Source: a virus
Lineage: Duplodnaviria > Caudoviricetes
DNA: 53,647 nucleotides
Reading direction: 5' to 3' (one strand)
Virus record (IMG/VR): IMGVR_UViG_3300010354_000120
Coordinates: 1-53,647 of that record
In this document: piece by piece, positions 16,284 to 25,701 of the stretch
Layout: every line of letters begins with the position of its first letter
How positions within the stretch are numbered: the stretch's first letter is position 1
Translations under genes and position numbers: made by a program
Notes under the pieces: generated by a model
Database searches by the model: none
What the model saw: only the letters and a program-made list of their open reading frames with translations
What the model was told of the DNA's origin: nothing

Positions 16284-19200
16284 ATGGCAAAAATAGATGT
16301 ATCAAAGCTATTACCTCAAGCAAACAAAACTGCTGGAATTGTAAAGAGGACTACAACTTTTGATCCGAAGAAATATACTCCAATTACAAAATCTCTATCT
16401 CCAACGCAAAGAGATAATTCTGATACTGATAAAGATGATATTGATGAAGTTCATGTAAAAGAAGTAAACAGAGTAGAAGGTCTTGTAGGAAATATTTCCA
16501 ATTTATTAATGTCTTCTGAGACCTTTAAAGCGAGACGTGCGGAGCGAGAGAGAAAACTTCTGGTGTCTGCAGACCGGCAGAATAAAGAAGCAGAATTAGA
16601 AGCAGATAAGGCTGAGAGTAAATTCAACGGGCCCAAACTTCTTAGAAAGGTTGTGGGTGGTAATATTATTGATGCCATTTACAGATTTTTCCTATACACA
16701 TTTCTTGGAGCGATCTTCAATAGCACTAAGGATATTATTCCTCCTCTCATTAAAACATTTGGAAAGGTATTAGATCCAATCGCAAAGATTTTCACATCAC
16801 TTGTTGGATTCTTATTTGAGGGATTTGTATTTTTTGTAGACCTTGGATTTAAGGTTCATGATACAATTAGAGGAACTGCGAAGTTTCTTGGTGGGGACTT
16901 TGGAGTAAAGATCTTTGATTCCTTCACAGGAGGTCTGACCACATTCTTAAATACTGCACTCATCGTCGGAATGTTGCTTGCTTCGGCAGGTATGATGCCC
17001 GACTTTGGATTAGGTGGAGGTGGAAAAGGAAAGAGAGGCGCAGCTCCTGGAAGTAGACCTGGCACAAGACCCCCAGCTCCTGGCGCAAGACCTGGAGCAA
17101 GACCCCCAGCACCCGGTGCAAGACCCAGCAGACCGGGTGGACCTGCCGCAAGACCGGGCGCACCACAAGTTAGACCGCCTGCACCAGGAATGCCCAGAGG
17201 GGGTGTTGCAAGGGGAATTGGAGGAGGTGTTGCAACGGCTGCTGAGAGCGGCGCAAGAAGGACAGTCGCTAAGGGTGCAAGTAGAGTTGGTTCAAAATTT
17301 GTACCGTTTATCGGTCCAATTATTGACTTTGCTATTCGTACATTAATCTTCGGTGATTCTCCTGGAAGAGCAGCTGCGGGTGCTGCTGGTGTTGCTGCTG
17401 GACAGGCACTGGGTGGTATTCTGGGTGGCGCAATTGGCACTATTGCTGGATCTGTTGTTCCAATTATCGGAAACTTACTTGCTGGAGGCGCTGGAGCACT
17501 TATCGGTTCTGTGATTGGTGGTTTCGTTGGTGATGCCATCGGAACAACTCTTTATGATATGATTTTTGAAAAGGCGTCACAGAATAAGCCACAGAAAAAG
17601 GCAACTGGTGGAAATATTTCTGCAAAACCCGCACGTTCAACTACAAAAACAGTAACAAGAAGAAGACGCTTAAAGGTCAATTCAAAAACTCAGCAGAAGC
17701 AGAGAACTGAACCCGGAAAGGATATTGGTGGAAAGAATATCATTCAAAGACTCTTCCCAGATACGGATTCTCCTGATGGTAGTGGCGAAGCAGGTGCTGG
17801 TGGAGTTCTTGGATGGGCCAAGAGAATTCTTGGTATGGATGAGCAATCTAAAGAGAAAGGAAAAAGAGGAAATCCATATAAAGCACTTACAGACACTTCA
17901 GACATTCTGAAGAAGATTCCTGTGGTTGGTGGAATCATGGGAGCATCGATTGACATCGCCCTCGGTCAAAAACCACATGACATGGTTTATAACCAGCTGG
18001 GTGAATCGATTGCTGCTATTATTCAGTCTGCTGGAGAAAGGTCTACGACTGAGGCTTTGAGGCAGATTGTTTCGGCATATGCATCTGGAGGAGTTGTAAC
18101 TGAATCCACAAGATTTTCGGATAATAATTCTCTTGGAGAATCCTTAGGTAAAGCATTTAAACATGCTATCGGTATTGAATCTGCAATTGCAATTCGAAAT
18201 ATTCAAACCGAGTCTAGCAAAAAAGGTGTTAGAAGTGGAGCAGAAAGAACTGGTGAATGGGAAGGTAGTCGTGGTGCTCCCGGTTCAGGTGAAGGTGATG
18301 TAGGAAAACCAAAACCGGGGAGTGGAGGATCATCTCCCGGAAGTATACAACCGACACAACCAAAAGCTCCCGGTGTGCCAGGTGCTGCACCAGCATCTGG
18401 TGGAGGTGGTGGAGGAAATGTTAATGTTACGATGTCGCAAAATCAGAAAAAGGCCCTTGATATTCTTTCAAAATATGAATCGGCCAGCTCTGGTGGATAT
18501 AATGCAGTGAATCAGATTGGCGTTGCTGGTGGAAGAGGGGTTAAGGGCTTTGCTGGAGACTTCCGCAAAATGGATCAGCACGGTGGAAGAGCACTCACCG
18601 ATATGACAATTGCCGAAATTATGGCGCTGCAAGCACCAAGTAGCATGTCTGACGCAGAATGGATTAAGAGAGGAAGGTTACATGCTGTGGGTAGATATCA
18701 GTTTATTGGTGGAACTCTTCCTGGAGTAGTTCAGAGAGCAGGTATACCTAAAGACGCCAAGTTCACTAAAGAAGTTCAAGATTTACTTGCACTTCAGTAT
18801 ATGAAGGAAGCTGGAATTGGTGCATGGATTGGTCCAGCAGATCATGCAACAGCAGAAGAAAGAAGAATTATTGAGGCAGCAAGAAAGGATCCTATTAAAT
18901 TCTCTAGAGCACAAGGCAAAGCAGGAGCTCCTGTAACAGCATCTAGACCGCCAGGAAAACCATTAGGGGGTATATCCCAACACCTTCACGGGGATCCAAA
19001 TAGACCCGGATATGATTATAGTGGCCACGGCACTCAAGGCAATGCTCATGATCACTTCTCATTCACCAATAGAGAAACTGCGATTGCCGCATACAAAGCA
19101 CTCAAAGCAGCTGGATATGATGTGACTGAATTTGAGGGTTATGGTAGAGTTGGTGATCACAGTGCAAGAGGTGGACACTTCGGAAGACATGGACATGATC

Positions 19201-19952
19201 CAACTTATGAAGATGCTTCCGATGGTGTAGCATTTGACGTTCCTTGGTACCAATTTGGTAGTGGTGCAATAGGAAAGAATGATTATGAAAAATCCAGAGC
19301 GGTAGAGAGAATTGTCAAGCAAGCAATCTCCGGACAAATAACAAGTGCGGATGGATCTACTAAAGTTTGGGACTCAAAGACTAAAACTTGGGTTGCAGGA
19401 ACTCCTGGCACAAGTCCAGCATCTACAGCACAAAGAAAAGTAGGTCAATCAGCGGTACTTAACGGGAAACCGGTAGTTTGGGATGGAGCAAAGTGGTCTC
19501 CAAAGAGAGATTCCTCTGGAAACATACTTTCAAAAATATCTGAATTTTTTGCACCAAAAGCTGCTGCGGCTCCCGCAGTAAAACCAGCGGCAAAGCCAGC
19601 GGCAGGTGCAGCGACAAAACCAGCAGCAAAACCAGCGACAAAACCAGCAGCAAAACCAGCAGCAAAACCAGCACCAAAACGGGCTTGGTATGATCCACGC
19701 GGTTGGGTTGGTAAGGAAGAAGGTGGAAGAATTGCCCCAACTCCTTCCAGAAATGATTTTGATTCACTAAAATCTAAAGCATCATATGAGAAAGCAGATC
19801 CTCAAGTAATGATACAACCAATCATTATTGACAACTTTATTCCTATGCAGATGCCATCAGGAACTACAAGTTTTGGTCATGGTGCCGCACGTGGCGCGGG
19901 TGGTGCTGGATTAAATAAAACATATAAACGTAATAGTTTGAGTAGACATTAA
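16284..19952 (+). CDS. large tail/tape-measure-like protein with lysozyme-like and putative M15-like peptidase domains
   Basis: Gly/Ala-rich membrane-like segments; KYES..GGYNAVN...AVGRYQFI...FTKEVQD (lysozyme/transglycosylase-like); His-rich TEFEGY..VGDHS..GGH...AFDV. Confidence 0.75.
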   Translation: MAKIDVSKLLPQANKTAGIVKRTTTFDPKKYTPITKSLSPTQRDNSDTDKDDIDEVHVKEVNRVEGLVGNISNLLMSSETFKARRAERERKLLVSADRQNKEAELEADKAESKFNGPKLLRKVVGGNIIDAIYRFFLYTFLGAIFNSTKDIIPPLIKTFGKVLDPIAKIFTSLVGFLFEGFVFFVDLGFKVHDTIRGTAKFLGGDFGVKIFDSFTGGLTTFLNTALIVGMLLASAGMMPDFGLGGGGKGKRGAAPGSRPGTRPPAPGARPGARPPAPGARPSRPGGPAARPGAPQVRPPAPGMPRGGVARGIGGGVATAAESGARRTVAKGASRVGSKFVPFIGPIIDFAIRTLIFGDSPGRAAAGAAGVAAGQALGGILGGAIGTIAGSVVPIIGNLLAGGAGALIGSVIGGFVGDAIGTTLYDMIFEKASQNKPQKKATGGNISAKPARSTTKTVTRRRRLKVNSKTQQKQRTEPGKDIGGKNIIQRLFPDTDSPDGSGEAGAGGVLGWAKRILGMDEQSKEKGKRGNPYKALTDTSDILKKIPVVGGIMGASIDIALGQKPHDMVYNQLGESIAAIIQSAGERSTTEALRQIVSAYASGGVVTESTRFSDNNSLGESLGKAFKHAIGIESAIAIRNIQTESSKKGVRSGAERTGEWEGSRGAPGSGEGDVGKPKPGSGGSSPGSIQPTQPKAPGVPGAAPASGGGGGGNVNVTMSQNQKKALDILSKYESASSGGYNAVNQIGVAGGRGVKGFAGDFRKMDQHGGRALTDMTIAEIMALQAPSSMSDAEWIKRGRLHAVGRYQFIGGTLPGVVQRAGIPKDAKFTKEVQDLLALQYMKEAGIGAWIGPADHATAEERRIIEAARKDPIKFSRAQGKAGAPVTASRPPGKPLGGISQHLHGDPNRPGYDYSGHGTQGNAHDHFSFTNRETAIAAYKALKAAGYDVTEFEGYGRVGDHSARGGHFGRHGHDPTYEDASDGVAFDVPWYQFGSGAIGKNDYEKSRAVERIVKQAISGQITSADGSTKVWDSKTKTWVAGTPGTSPASTAQRKVGQSAVLNGKPVVWDGAKWSPKRDSSGNILSKISEFFAPKAAAAPAVKPAAKPAAGAATKPAAKPATKPAAKPAAKPAPKRAWYDPRGWVGKEEGGRIAPTPSRNDFDSLKSKASYEKADPQVMIQPIIIDNFIPMQMPSGTTSFGHGAARGAGGAGLNKTYKRNSLSRH

Positions 19953-19954
19953 AA

Positions 19955-21295
19955 ATGCCGAATAACATCCATGCTCAAGGTGGGGAAGCTAATATAACCC
20001 AGTTTGAAATCACATCAAATTATACAGGGAAGACTACAGAAGTTTCTGGTGGTATTGCTGAGTTGGGCATATATGAAAGTCTATTGGACACCTCAGTAAG
20101 AACATCTGCAACTATTGCCGATACTGGGTATTCTTCGAGTGAGGGTAATGCTGCCATGACACAGGATCATGGCAACACCTTTACATTGAACTTAACTTCT
20201 GGAGAAAAAACAGAACTTGCCGTTGAGGATTCTTATGGAAACAAATTGATGTTCCAAGGAGATTATGCGCTGGCCGTAAAAGAAATGAGGGCAATTTCTG
20301 AACATGCAAGAAAGAGTGTTTATACGATTGATTTCTTTTCCCCAGAATCCATTCAAAACGAATTGCAAAAAACAAGAGTCACTAAACGTTATGATGGGAA
20401 AATTCCAGATAATGTGAATAAAATTTTGAGGGAGGTTTTAAAGACTCCGAAGAATGTTACAGTAGATCCAGGATTAAATGATTTTAACTTTCTGGGATAT
20501 AGTCAGAAACCGTTTTATATTATTCCGTGGCTGGCAAAAAGAACTGTTCCCGATATGCCAAATGCTTTGAACAATCTTGCTGGATATTTCTTCTATGAGG
20601 TTGCTCAAGATGGAAATGGCGTTGGTGGATATCAATTCAGATCGATTGATAAGTTATTCACAGTTGGTCCAAAGAGAAGACTTATCAGTACATCATCAAC
20701 GGAACTTCCTCCTGGATACAATGCAAAAATTTTAAACTATCATTTTGATAGTGGAATTGATATTGAAAGGTCTCTTAAGATTGGTTCACTTATGAAGCAA
20801 GAATTAAAGGGATTTGAGCCATTTAGCAATGCTTATAGAGAAACTGAATTTGATACAAAAAATCAGTTTCAAGAGCAGAATATTGGTGGAATTTATAGAC
20901 CAAATATCGGTGAGGAGATTCATCAAGAAATAACAAAGGTATATACAAAATTTGATGACACTGGAGTTCTTCCAGTTGGACAAACTTTAAAGGAACAACT
21001 CAAACACTCAAAAGGAGAAGTTAATTTTGATGTGAATGAGATCTTACGTCAGTCTTCCGCAAGATATAATAATCTCTTTAACACCAAGATGACTATTACG
21101 ATTCCTGCAGATTTTGGATTACATGCTGGAGATTTGGTTTTTGCAGATTTTCCAGAAGTGTCAAATAAAGAGAATCAAGATGTAAGTAAGAACAAAGGTG
21201 GTATATATATGATAGTAGATATCGGACACCGAATCAGCAAAAACAGCTCTTACACATCATTACATCTTGTAAGAGAATCACTTGGTCGAAAATGA
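19955..21295 (+). CDS. baseplate hub protein (gp27-like)
   Basis: IYESLL, GYFFYE, FRSIDKLF, TIPADFGLHAGD, GIYMIVDIGH, LHLVRES; position before gp5. Confidence 0.7.
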   Translation: MPNNIHAQGGEANITQFEITSNYTGKTTEVSGGIAELGIYESLLDTSVRTSATIADTGYSSSEGNAAMTQDHGNTFTLNLTSGEKTELAVEDSYGNKLMFQGDYALAVKEMRAISEHARKSVYTIDFFSPESIQNELQKTRVTKRYDGKIPDNVNKILREVLKTPKNVTVDPGLNDFNFLGYSQKPFYIIPWLAKRTVPDMPNALNNLAGYFFYEVAQDGNGVGGYQFRSIDKLFTVGPKRRLISTSSTELPPGYNAKILNYHFDSGIDIERSLKIGSLMKQELKGFEPFSNAYRETEFDTKNQFQEQNIGGIYRPNIGEEIHQEITKVYTKFDDTGVLPVGQTLKEQLKHSKGEVNFDVNEILRQSSARYNNLFNTKMTITIPADFGLHAGDLVFADFPEVSNKENQDVSKNKGGIYMIVDIGHRISKNSSYTSLHLVRESLGRK

Positions 21296-21306
21296 GGAAT
21301 GAAATC

Positions 21307-21525
21307 ATGACAGAAAGATCTTTACAGCAACATATTAATGATGATCGCGATGAATTGGATGATCCAAGGATTAGTGCTCAACGTCGTCGTCACATTGAAG
21401 ATGAACTTGATTGTTTAGAAAGATATCAAGTAAATCATCCAGATGATGATCATGATCCAACAAATTTGGAATTGTTCTGCGACTCCCATCCAGATGCTCT
21501 AGAGTGTCGTATTTACGAAGACTGA
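21307..21525 (+). CDS. cp12: CP12 Calvin-cycle inhibitor (phage type)
   Basis: HINDDRDELDDPRISAQRRRHIEDEL...DPTNLELFCDSHPDALECRIYED (C-terminal Cys pair). Confidence 0.92.
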   Translation: MTERSLQQHINDDRDELDDPRISAQRRRHIEDELDCLERYQVNHPDDDHDPTNLELFCDSHPDALECRIYED

Positions 21526-21535
21526 TGTAATCTAA

Positions 21536-24199
21536 ATGACAGCAAATCTTTTTAATGGAGAATTCTCCGGAACATCTGAATTCCATTGGTGGATGGGGCA
21601 GATTGTTGACGAAAAAAATTGGGTAGACAATCACTCACACAAAATTCACAAACGTGATGATGAGGCTGGATGGGGATATCGATACAAGGTGCGAATTTTT
21701 GGTAGAGACACCAAAGAGAAGTATCAAGACACCGAAGACGATCAACTTCCGATGGCGGAAGTTATGTTCCCAACTACGGGGGGGAGCGGGCATACTGGTT
21801 CTACTCAAACTCCTAATTTGCGTCAGGGAAATTATGTAATTGGTTTTTATAAGGATGGAATTGATGCCACAGAGCCTATTATTATGGGAGTTCTTGGAAA
21901 TCAATCCCAAACAAGACTGTTTGGAGGAGATCCCGATGAAGGATATATTCCCAGAACCGGTTACATTGGATTGAAGGAAACAAAAACAGCATCAACCAAA
22001 AATCTACTTTTAGAGGGTCCATCAAAAGGAACACCTCCATTAGAAGAAAGTCCACATCCTTTTGTTAGTAGAGTTGCTCACGTTGATCAACTTAAAGATG
22101 GGGCATATTCTCACTATGTTCCAAAAACAAGAGAATGTGACGGACCAAATGGAGAAATGGCGGGCATTCAAAGAGCACTTAGAAATCTGTTAAAGCTAGT
22201 AAATCAGATTAGATCCGAAGCAAGTAGTTTCTTTGGTGCAGCATCCGATTTGCAGAGTTCAATACCATCTTTAATTGGAACCGCTACTGCATTCATTGCA
22301 GAGTTGATCAAAACCATGATCGATAAAATCCGTGGTTATACAAACAATATCGTTGATGAGGGAATTAAACAAATTGTAAACTTTGTAATTCCAAATCAAA
22401 GAGCCAAATTCAATCGAGTTGTAGAGCAGCAGCAAGATGGGTTGCAATGCTTGTTTAATAAATTAATTGCAGGATTATTGGATCTTGTCAAAGGAATACT
22501 TCAAAAAGCAGTTGATAAATTAATTGATGCTCCGATGTGTGCCGCTGAAGAAATGGCAGGAGGTGTTTTTGGCAACATTATTGGTCCAATTGCAAATAAA
22601 ATAAAATCAGTAATTAAAAAGATTGAAGCAGCATCTGGACAGAAAATTAGTGTAAAGGGTGGTCCTATGGACATCCTCAGCATTCTTTGGGGACTTCTCA
22701 ATTTTCTTTCGTGTGATGAGAAGCTTGATTGTACCATGAACGACCAGTGGAGTTTCTGGTACGGTCCAAAGGAAAAGGCAGATGAGGTTAGAGCAAACCT
22801 TGGAGATCTTGCAAATAGTCTCTCTTCCGGTGGCGGCGGTGGAGGAGGCGGCGGTGGCGGCGGAGGTGGTTGCGATAGCAATGCTAAACCATGTGGACCT
22901 CCAGCGGTAAACTTCACAGGCAACGGTAAAGGCGCTAAAGGAAATGCAGTAATCAGTCCATCAGGATCTTTACTTGCTGTTGATATGGTATCTGGTGGTG
23001 AGGGATATACTCAACCGCCATCCGCAACTCTTATGGATCACTGTGGTAAAGGAAATGGGGCTAATACAGTAGTATTGATTACTCCAACTGGATCCCAACC
23101 AAAACCGACCGATAGAAGAGTTGATGATCCTGGATACAGAGAGGGACAAATTTTCCCACCAGATCCAGCTGGAACAACTGACACGTCTGATACACCGGCA
23201 GATGCACCATCTTCTGCGCCACCCGATGGTGAATATCCAGTAACACCCGGAACAAATACTGGTCTAGGTGGACTTCCTGGATATGCCGATCAGAATATAC
23301 AACAGTCTCCAAATGGGGAGATTGGTAGTTTCGTTGATAGTGGAATTATTTCCGACCTGAATGTATTCACAACTAATGATTCCGAGTCTGAACAAGAGTA
23401 TTCTGTTAGTGGGGTTCTAATTCTTGATCCCGGTATTGCATATTTACCTGCCCCAGATGGAGATGTTGGTGCAAATGGAGCGGTTTATGCAACGTCGGTA
23501 GATACGATTGTTGGAAATGATATTGATGGATATAATGTCCTTCCACCACTTAGTGTGGTTCCCGTTCGCCCCGGAGATACAATTGCAGCTCCACCAAATA
23601 CTCAGGTGGAAATTTATGATAATGATGGAAATGTCGCTGGCATAATTACTGGACAGGGACCATTATTCCCAATCCCCGTAGATGTTGGTGGTTCAATTAC
23701 AACCCCAACTCCACCTATTATTGGCATTGGCACAACAGTAATACCTCCTAGCATTCCTGGTATTGGCACTGGCGTAACAGTAATACCTCCTGGAGGAACA
23801 TTTGTCCCCGGACCATCTTCTTCAGGAACTTATCCAGTAGTCCTTACAATAGGTCAAGTCATTGTAACAAATCCAGGTGTAAATTATCAACCCGGAGATA
23901 CAATTACCATCGTTCCTGATAATGGAGCTGTTCTTGAGCCAGTATTTGATAGTGTTGGAAGAGTTGAATCTGTAAACGTAGTAAATCCAGGAATAGGATT
24001 TACAGAGTGGCCGAATATTTCTGTGAGATCATCTCAGGGAGTGAACGCAATATTAACTCCACTTTTTGATATAATTAGAGTTGGAGATATTGCAGAAGAT
24101 GATGATAGATTGCCAGAGGATGTTCAACTACTTCACGTTGTTGATTGTGTTGGCAAGGTGATCACAAATAGTACAGGTAAAATAATACCAAATAACTAG
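21536..24199 (+). CDS. gp5: baseplate hub / cell-puncturing protein (gp5 N-terminal OB fold)
   Basis: FHWWMGQI, RYKVRIFG, LPMAEV, GNYVIGFYKDG...PIIMG; ends VVDCVG. Confidence 0.85.
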   Translation: MTANLFNGEFSGTSEFHWWMGQIVDEKNWVDNHSHKIHKRDDEAGWGYRYKVRIFGRDTKEKYQDTEDDQLPMAEVMFPTTGGSGHTGSTQTPNLRQGNYVIGFYKDGIDATEPIIMGVLGNQSQTRLFGGDPDEGYIPRTGYIGLKETKTASTKNLLLEGPSKGTPPLEESPHPFVSRVAHVDQLKDGAYSHYVPKTRECDGPNGEMAGIQRALRNLLKLVNQIRSEASSFFGAASDLQSSIPSLIGTATAFIAELIKTMIDKIRGYTNNIVDEGIKQIVNFVIPNQRAKFNRVVEQQQDGLQCLFNKLIAGLLDLVKGILQKAVDKLIDAPMCAAEEMAGGVFGNIIGPIANKIKSVIKKIEAASGQKISVKGGPMDILSILWGLLNFLSCDEKLDCTMNDQWSFWYGPKEKADEVRANLGDLANSLSSGGGGGGGGGGGGGGCDSNAKPCGPPAVNFTGNGKGAKGNAVISPSGSLLAVDMVSGGEGYTQPPSATLMDHCGKGNGANTVVLITPTGSQPKPTDRRVDDPGYREGQIFPPDPAGTTDTSDTPADAPSSAPPDGEYPVTPGTNTGLGGLPGYADQNIQQSPNGEIGSFVDSGIISDLNVFTTNDSESEQEYSVSGVLILDPGIAYLPAPDGDVGANGAVYATSVDTIVGNDIDGYNVLPPLSVVPVRPGDTIAAPPNTQVEIYDNDGNVAGIITGQGPLFPIPVDVGGSITTPTPPIIGIGTTVIPPSIPGIGTGVTVIPPGGTFVPGPSSSGTYPVVLTIGQVIVTNPGVNYQPGDTITIVPDNGAVLEPVFDSVGRVESVNVVNPGIGFTEWPNISVRSSQGVNAILTPLFDIIRVGDIAEDDDRLPEDVQLLHVVDCVGKVITNSTGKIIPNN

Positions 24200-24218
24200 T
24201 AATGAACGCAGGTAATTC

Positions 24219-24875
24219 ATGGCAGGACAACTAATCAATAGAAACCGCCACGGTGGCGGGGCTAAAGAAAATGAAGAGGGGTTGAAGTACGGAAATCGTC
24301 ATGGTCAAATTGAATTTGGTCATCTTCATCTTGGCGATCCATCTCGAAAACTTAAAGCAGATGTTACATCTGGAGTAATGCTCCAAGCATTTGACTCAAG
24401 GCACTATGTGTCCCTTGACAATGATGGCCCACGACAAGGGTGGACATTAAGTAGATGTCCAAGTGTTTATGGCATTCAATGCGCCACAGATAATGCTGGA
24501 ACAGTTAATTCTGAGAAGGGAATTGGATACTTTCTGATGTGCGAAACTGGTGATGTTGTAATCAGAGCACCAAAGGGAAGAATTCGTCTGAGTGCCTTGG
24601 ATGTAGATATTAGAGCAGATGGTCCAAACAACAAGAAGGGATCCATTAATCTGGATTCGAATCAATCTATAAATATGAAGACTGGAACGTTTGATGTTCA
24701 AGCAAACGTTGGTGCTCGTATTTTTACTCCAAAGACCATGAATTTGGTCGCAAATACTTCCCTACACTTGGTAAGTAATTTTATGAATGGGTTGACTGCG
24801 GCATCTGCAACCAAAAATAACAAAGAATTCAATCCTTCAACAAGAGAATTCGATAAGAAGTCACTTTATACTTAA
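24219..24875 (+). CDS. putative beta-helical spike/baseplate protein
   Basis: GDVVIRAPKGRIRLSALDVDIRA repetitive beta pattern, directly after gp5. Confidence 0.65.
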   Translation: MAGQLINRNRHGGGAKENEEGLKYGNRHGQIEFGHLHLGDPSRKLKADVTSGVMLQAFDSRHYVSLDNDGPRQGWTLSRCPSVYGIQCATDNAGTVNSEKGIGYFLMCETGDVVIRAPKGRIRLSALDVDIRADGPNNKKGSINLDSNQSINMKTGTFDVQANVGARIFTPKTMNLVANTSLHLVSNFMNGLTAASATKNNKEFNPSTREFDKKSLYT

Positions 24876-24880
24876 TAATA

Positions 24881-25696
24881 ATGGCATTTCAATTAGATGA
24901 TTTATGTGTTTCTCACCAATTTGTTGTTGGTGAAGGATATCATTTGCCACTTGGATTGGGACCAACCAAAATTCGTGGAAGTGCTTACATAGAATCTCCA
25001 ATGACAGTTGGATCTGATAAGGCATTCCCCGGTATTTGGGCATCATGTATGATTGGGCCCATGAAAAATGGCGACTCTCCTCCTGCTGTGATTCCTGGAT
25101 TTATTAATGCATGTGGGCCCGTAAATAATTCTCCATATTCCTTGGCGGTAATTGGAGATGCGTGCATTTTTCAGAATCTTGATGTGAATCGCAATATTGT
25201 TGCCGGAAAGAACATTAGAGCTGGTGGAAATATTATTGCTCAGGGGCATGTAATGTCCCATTGTGGGGGGCATGTTCTTGCTGCAAAGAAAAACTTTGAT
25301 ATTCCACACCCAACCAAGGAAGGTTGGAGACTTGCTCATAGTTGTGTAGAAGGTCCAGAGGCTGCTGTATATGTAAGAGGAAAGGTTGTTAATAAAACTG
25401 AGATTGATCTACCGGAATATTGGACAAATCTTGTTGATCCACAATCAATTACGGTTTCTTTAACTCCAATTGGAGCACATCAGGATGTAATTGTAAAGAG
25501 AATTGGTGATAATAAAGTATATCTTCAAGCAAAAGGTGGTATTCCAATAAACTGTTTCTACCACATCTTTGGTGAAAGAATAGATACTGAGAAGTTAATT
25601 CCAGAATACGAAGGAACTATTGAAGATTATCCAGGAGATAATTCACAACGTTCAATCGTTGGATATCACTATGACGTTCGTAATGAAAAGGAGTGA
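24881..25696 (+). CDS. tail-associated protein with conserved C-terminal domain
   Basis: KNFDIPHPTKEGWRLAHSCVEGPEAAVYVRG...LPEYW..LV...ITVSLTPIG...FYHIFGER. Confidence 0.75.
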   Translation: MAFQLDDLCVSHQFVVGEGYHLPLGLGPTKIRGSAYIESPMTVGSDKAFPGIWASCMIGPMKNGDSPPAVIPGFINACGPVNNSPYSLAVIGDACIFQNLDVNRNIVAGKNIRAGGNIIAQGHVMSHCGGHVLAAKKNFDIPHPTKEGWRLAHSCVEGPEAAVYVRGKVVNKTEIDLPEYWTNLVDPQSITVSLTPIGAHQDVIVKRIGDNKVYLQAKGGIPINCFYHIFGERIDTEKLIPEYEGTIEDYPGDNSQRSIVGYHYDVRNEKE

Positions 25697-25701
25697 AATA
25701 A

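Noticed and set aside
16856-17539. Long antisense ORF (227 aa) and similar ones opposite tail genes
   Set aside because: Shadow frames of Gly/Ala/Thr-rich coding sequence; no SD or promoter support
19560-19680. CRISPR-like or other short repeat array (AAACCAGCAGCA units)
   Set aside because: In-frame coding repeats for an AAKP linker with no unique spacers; same for the PGARP repeats near 17040-17190
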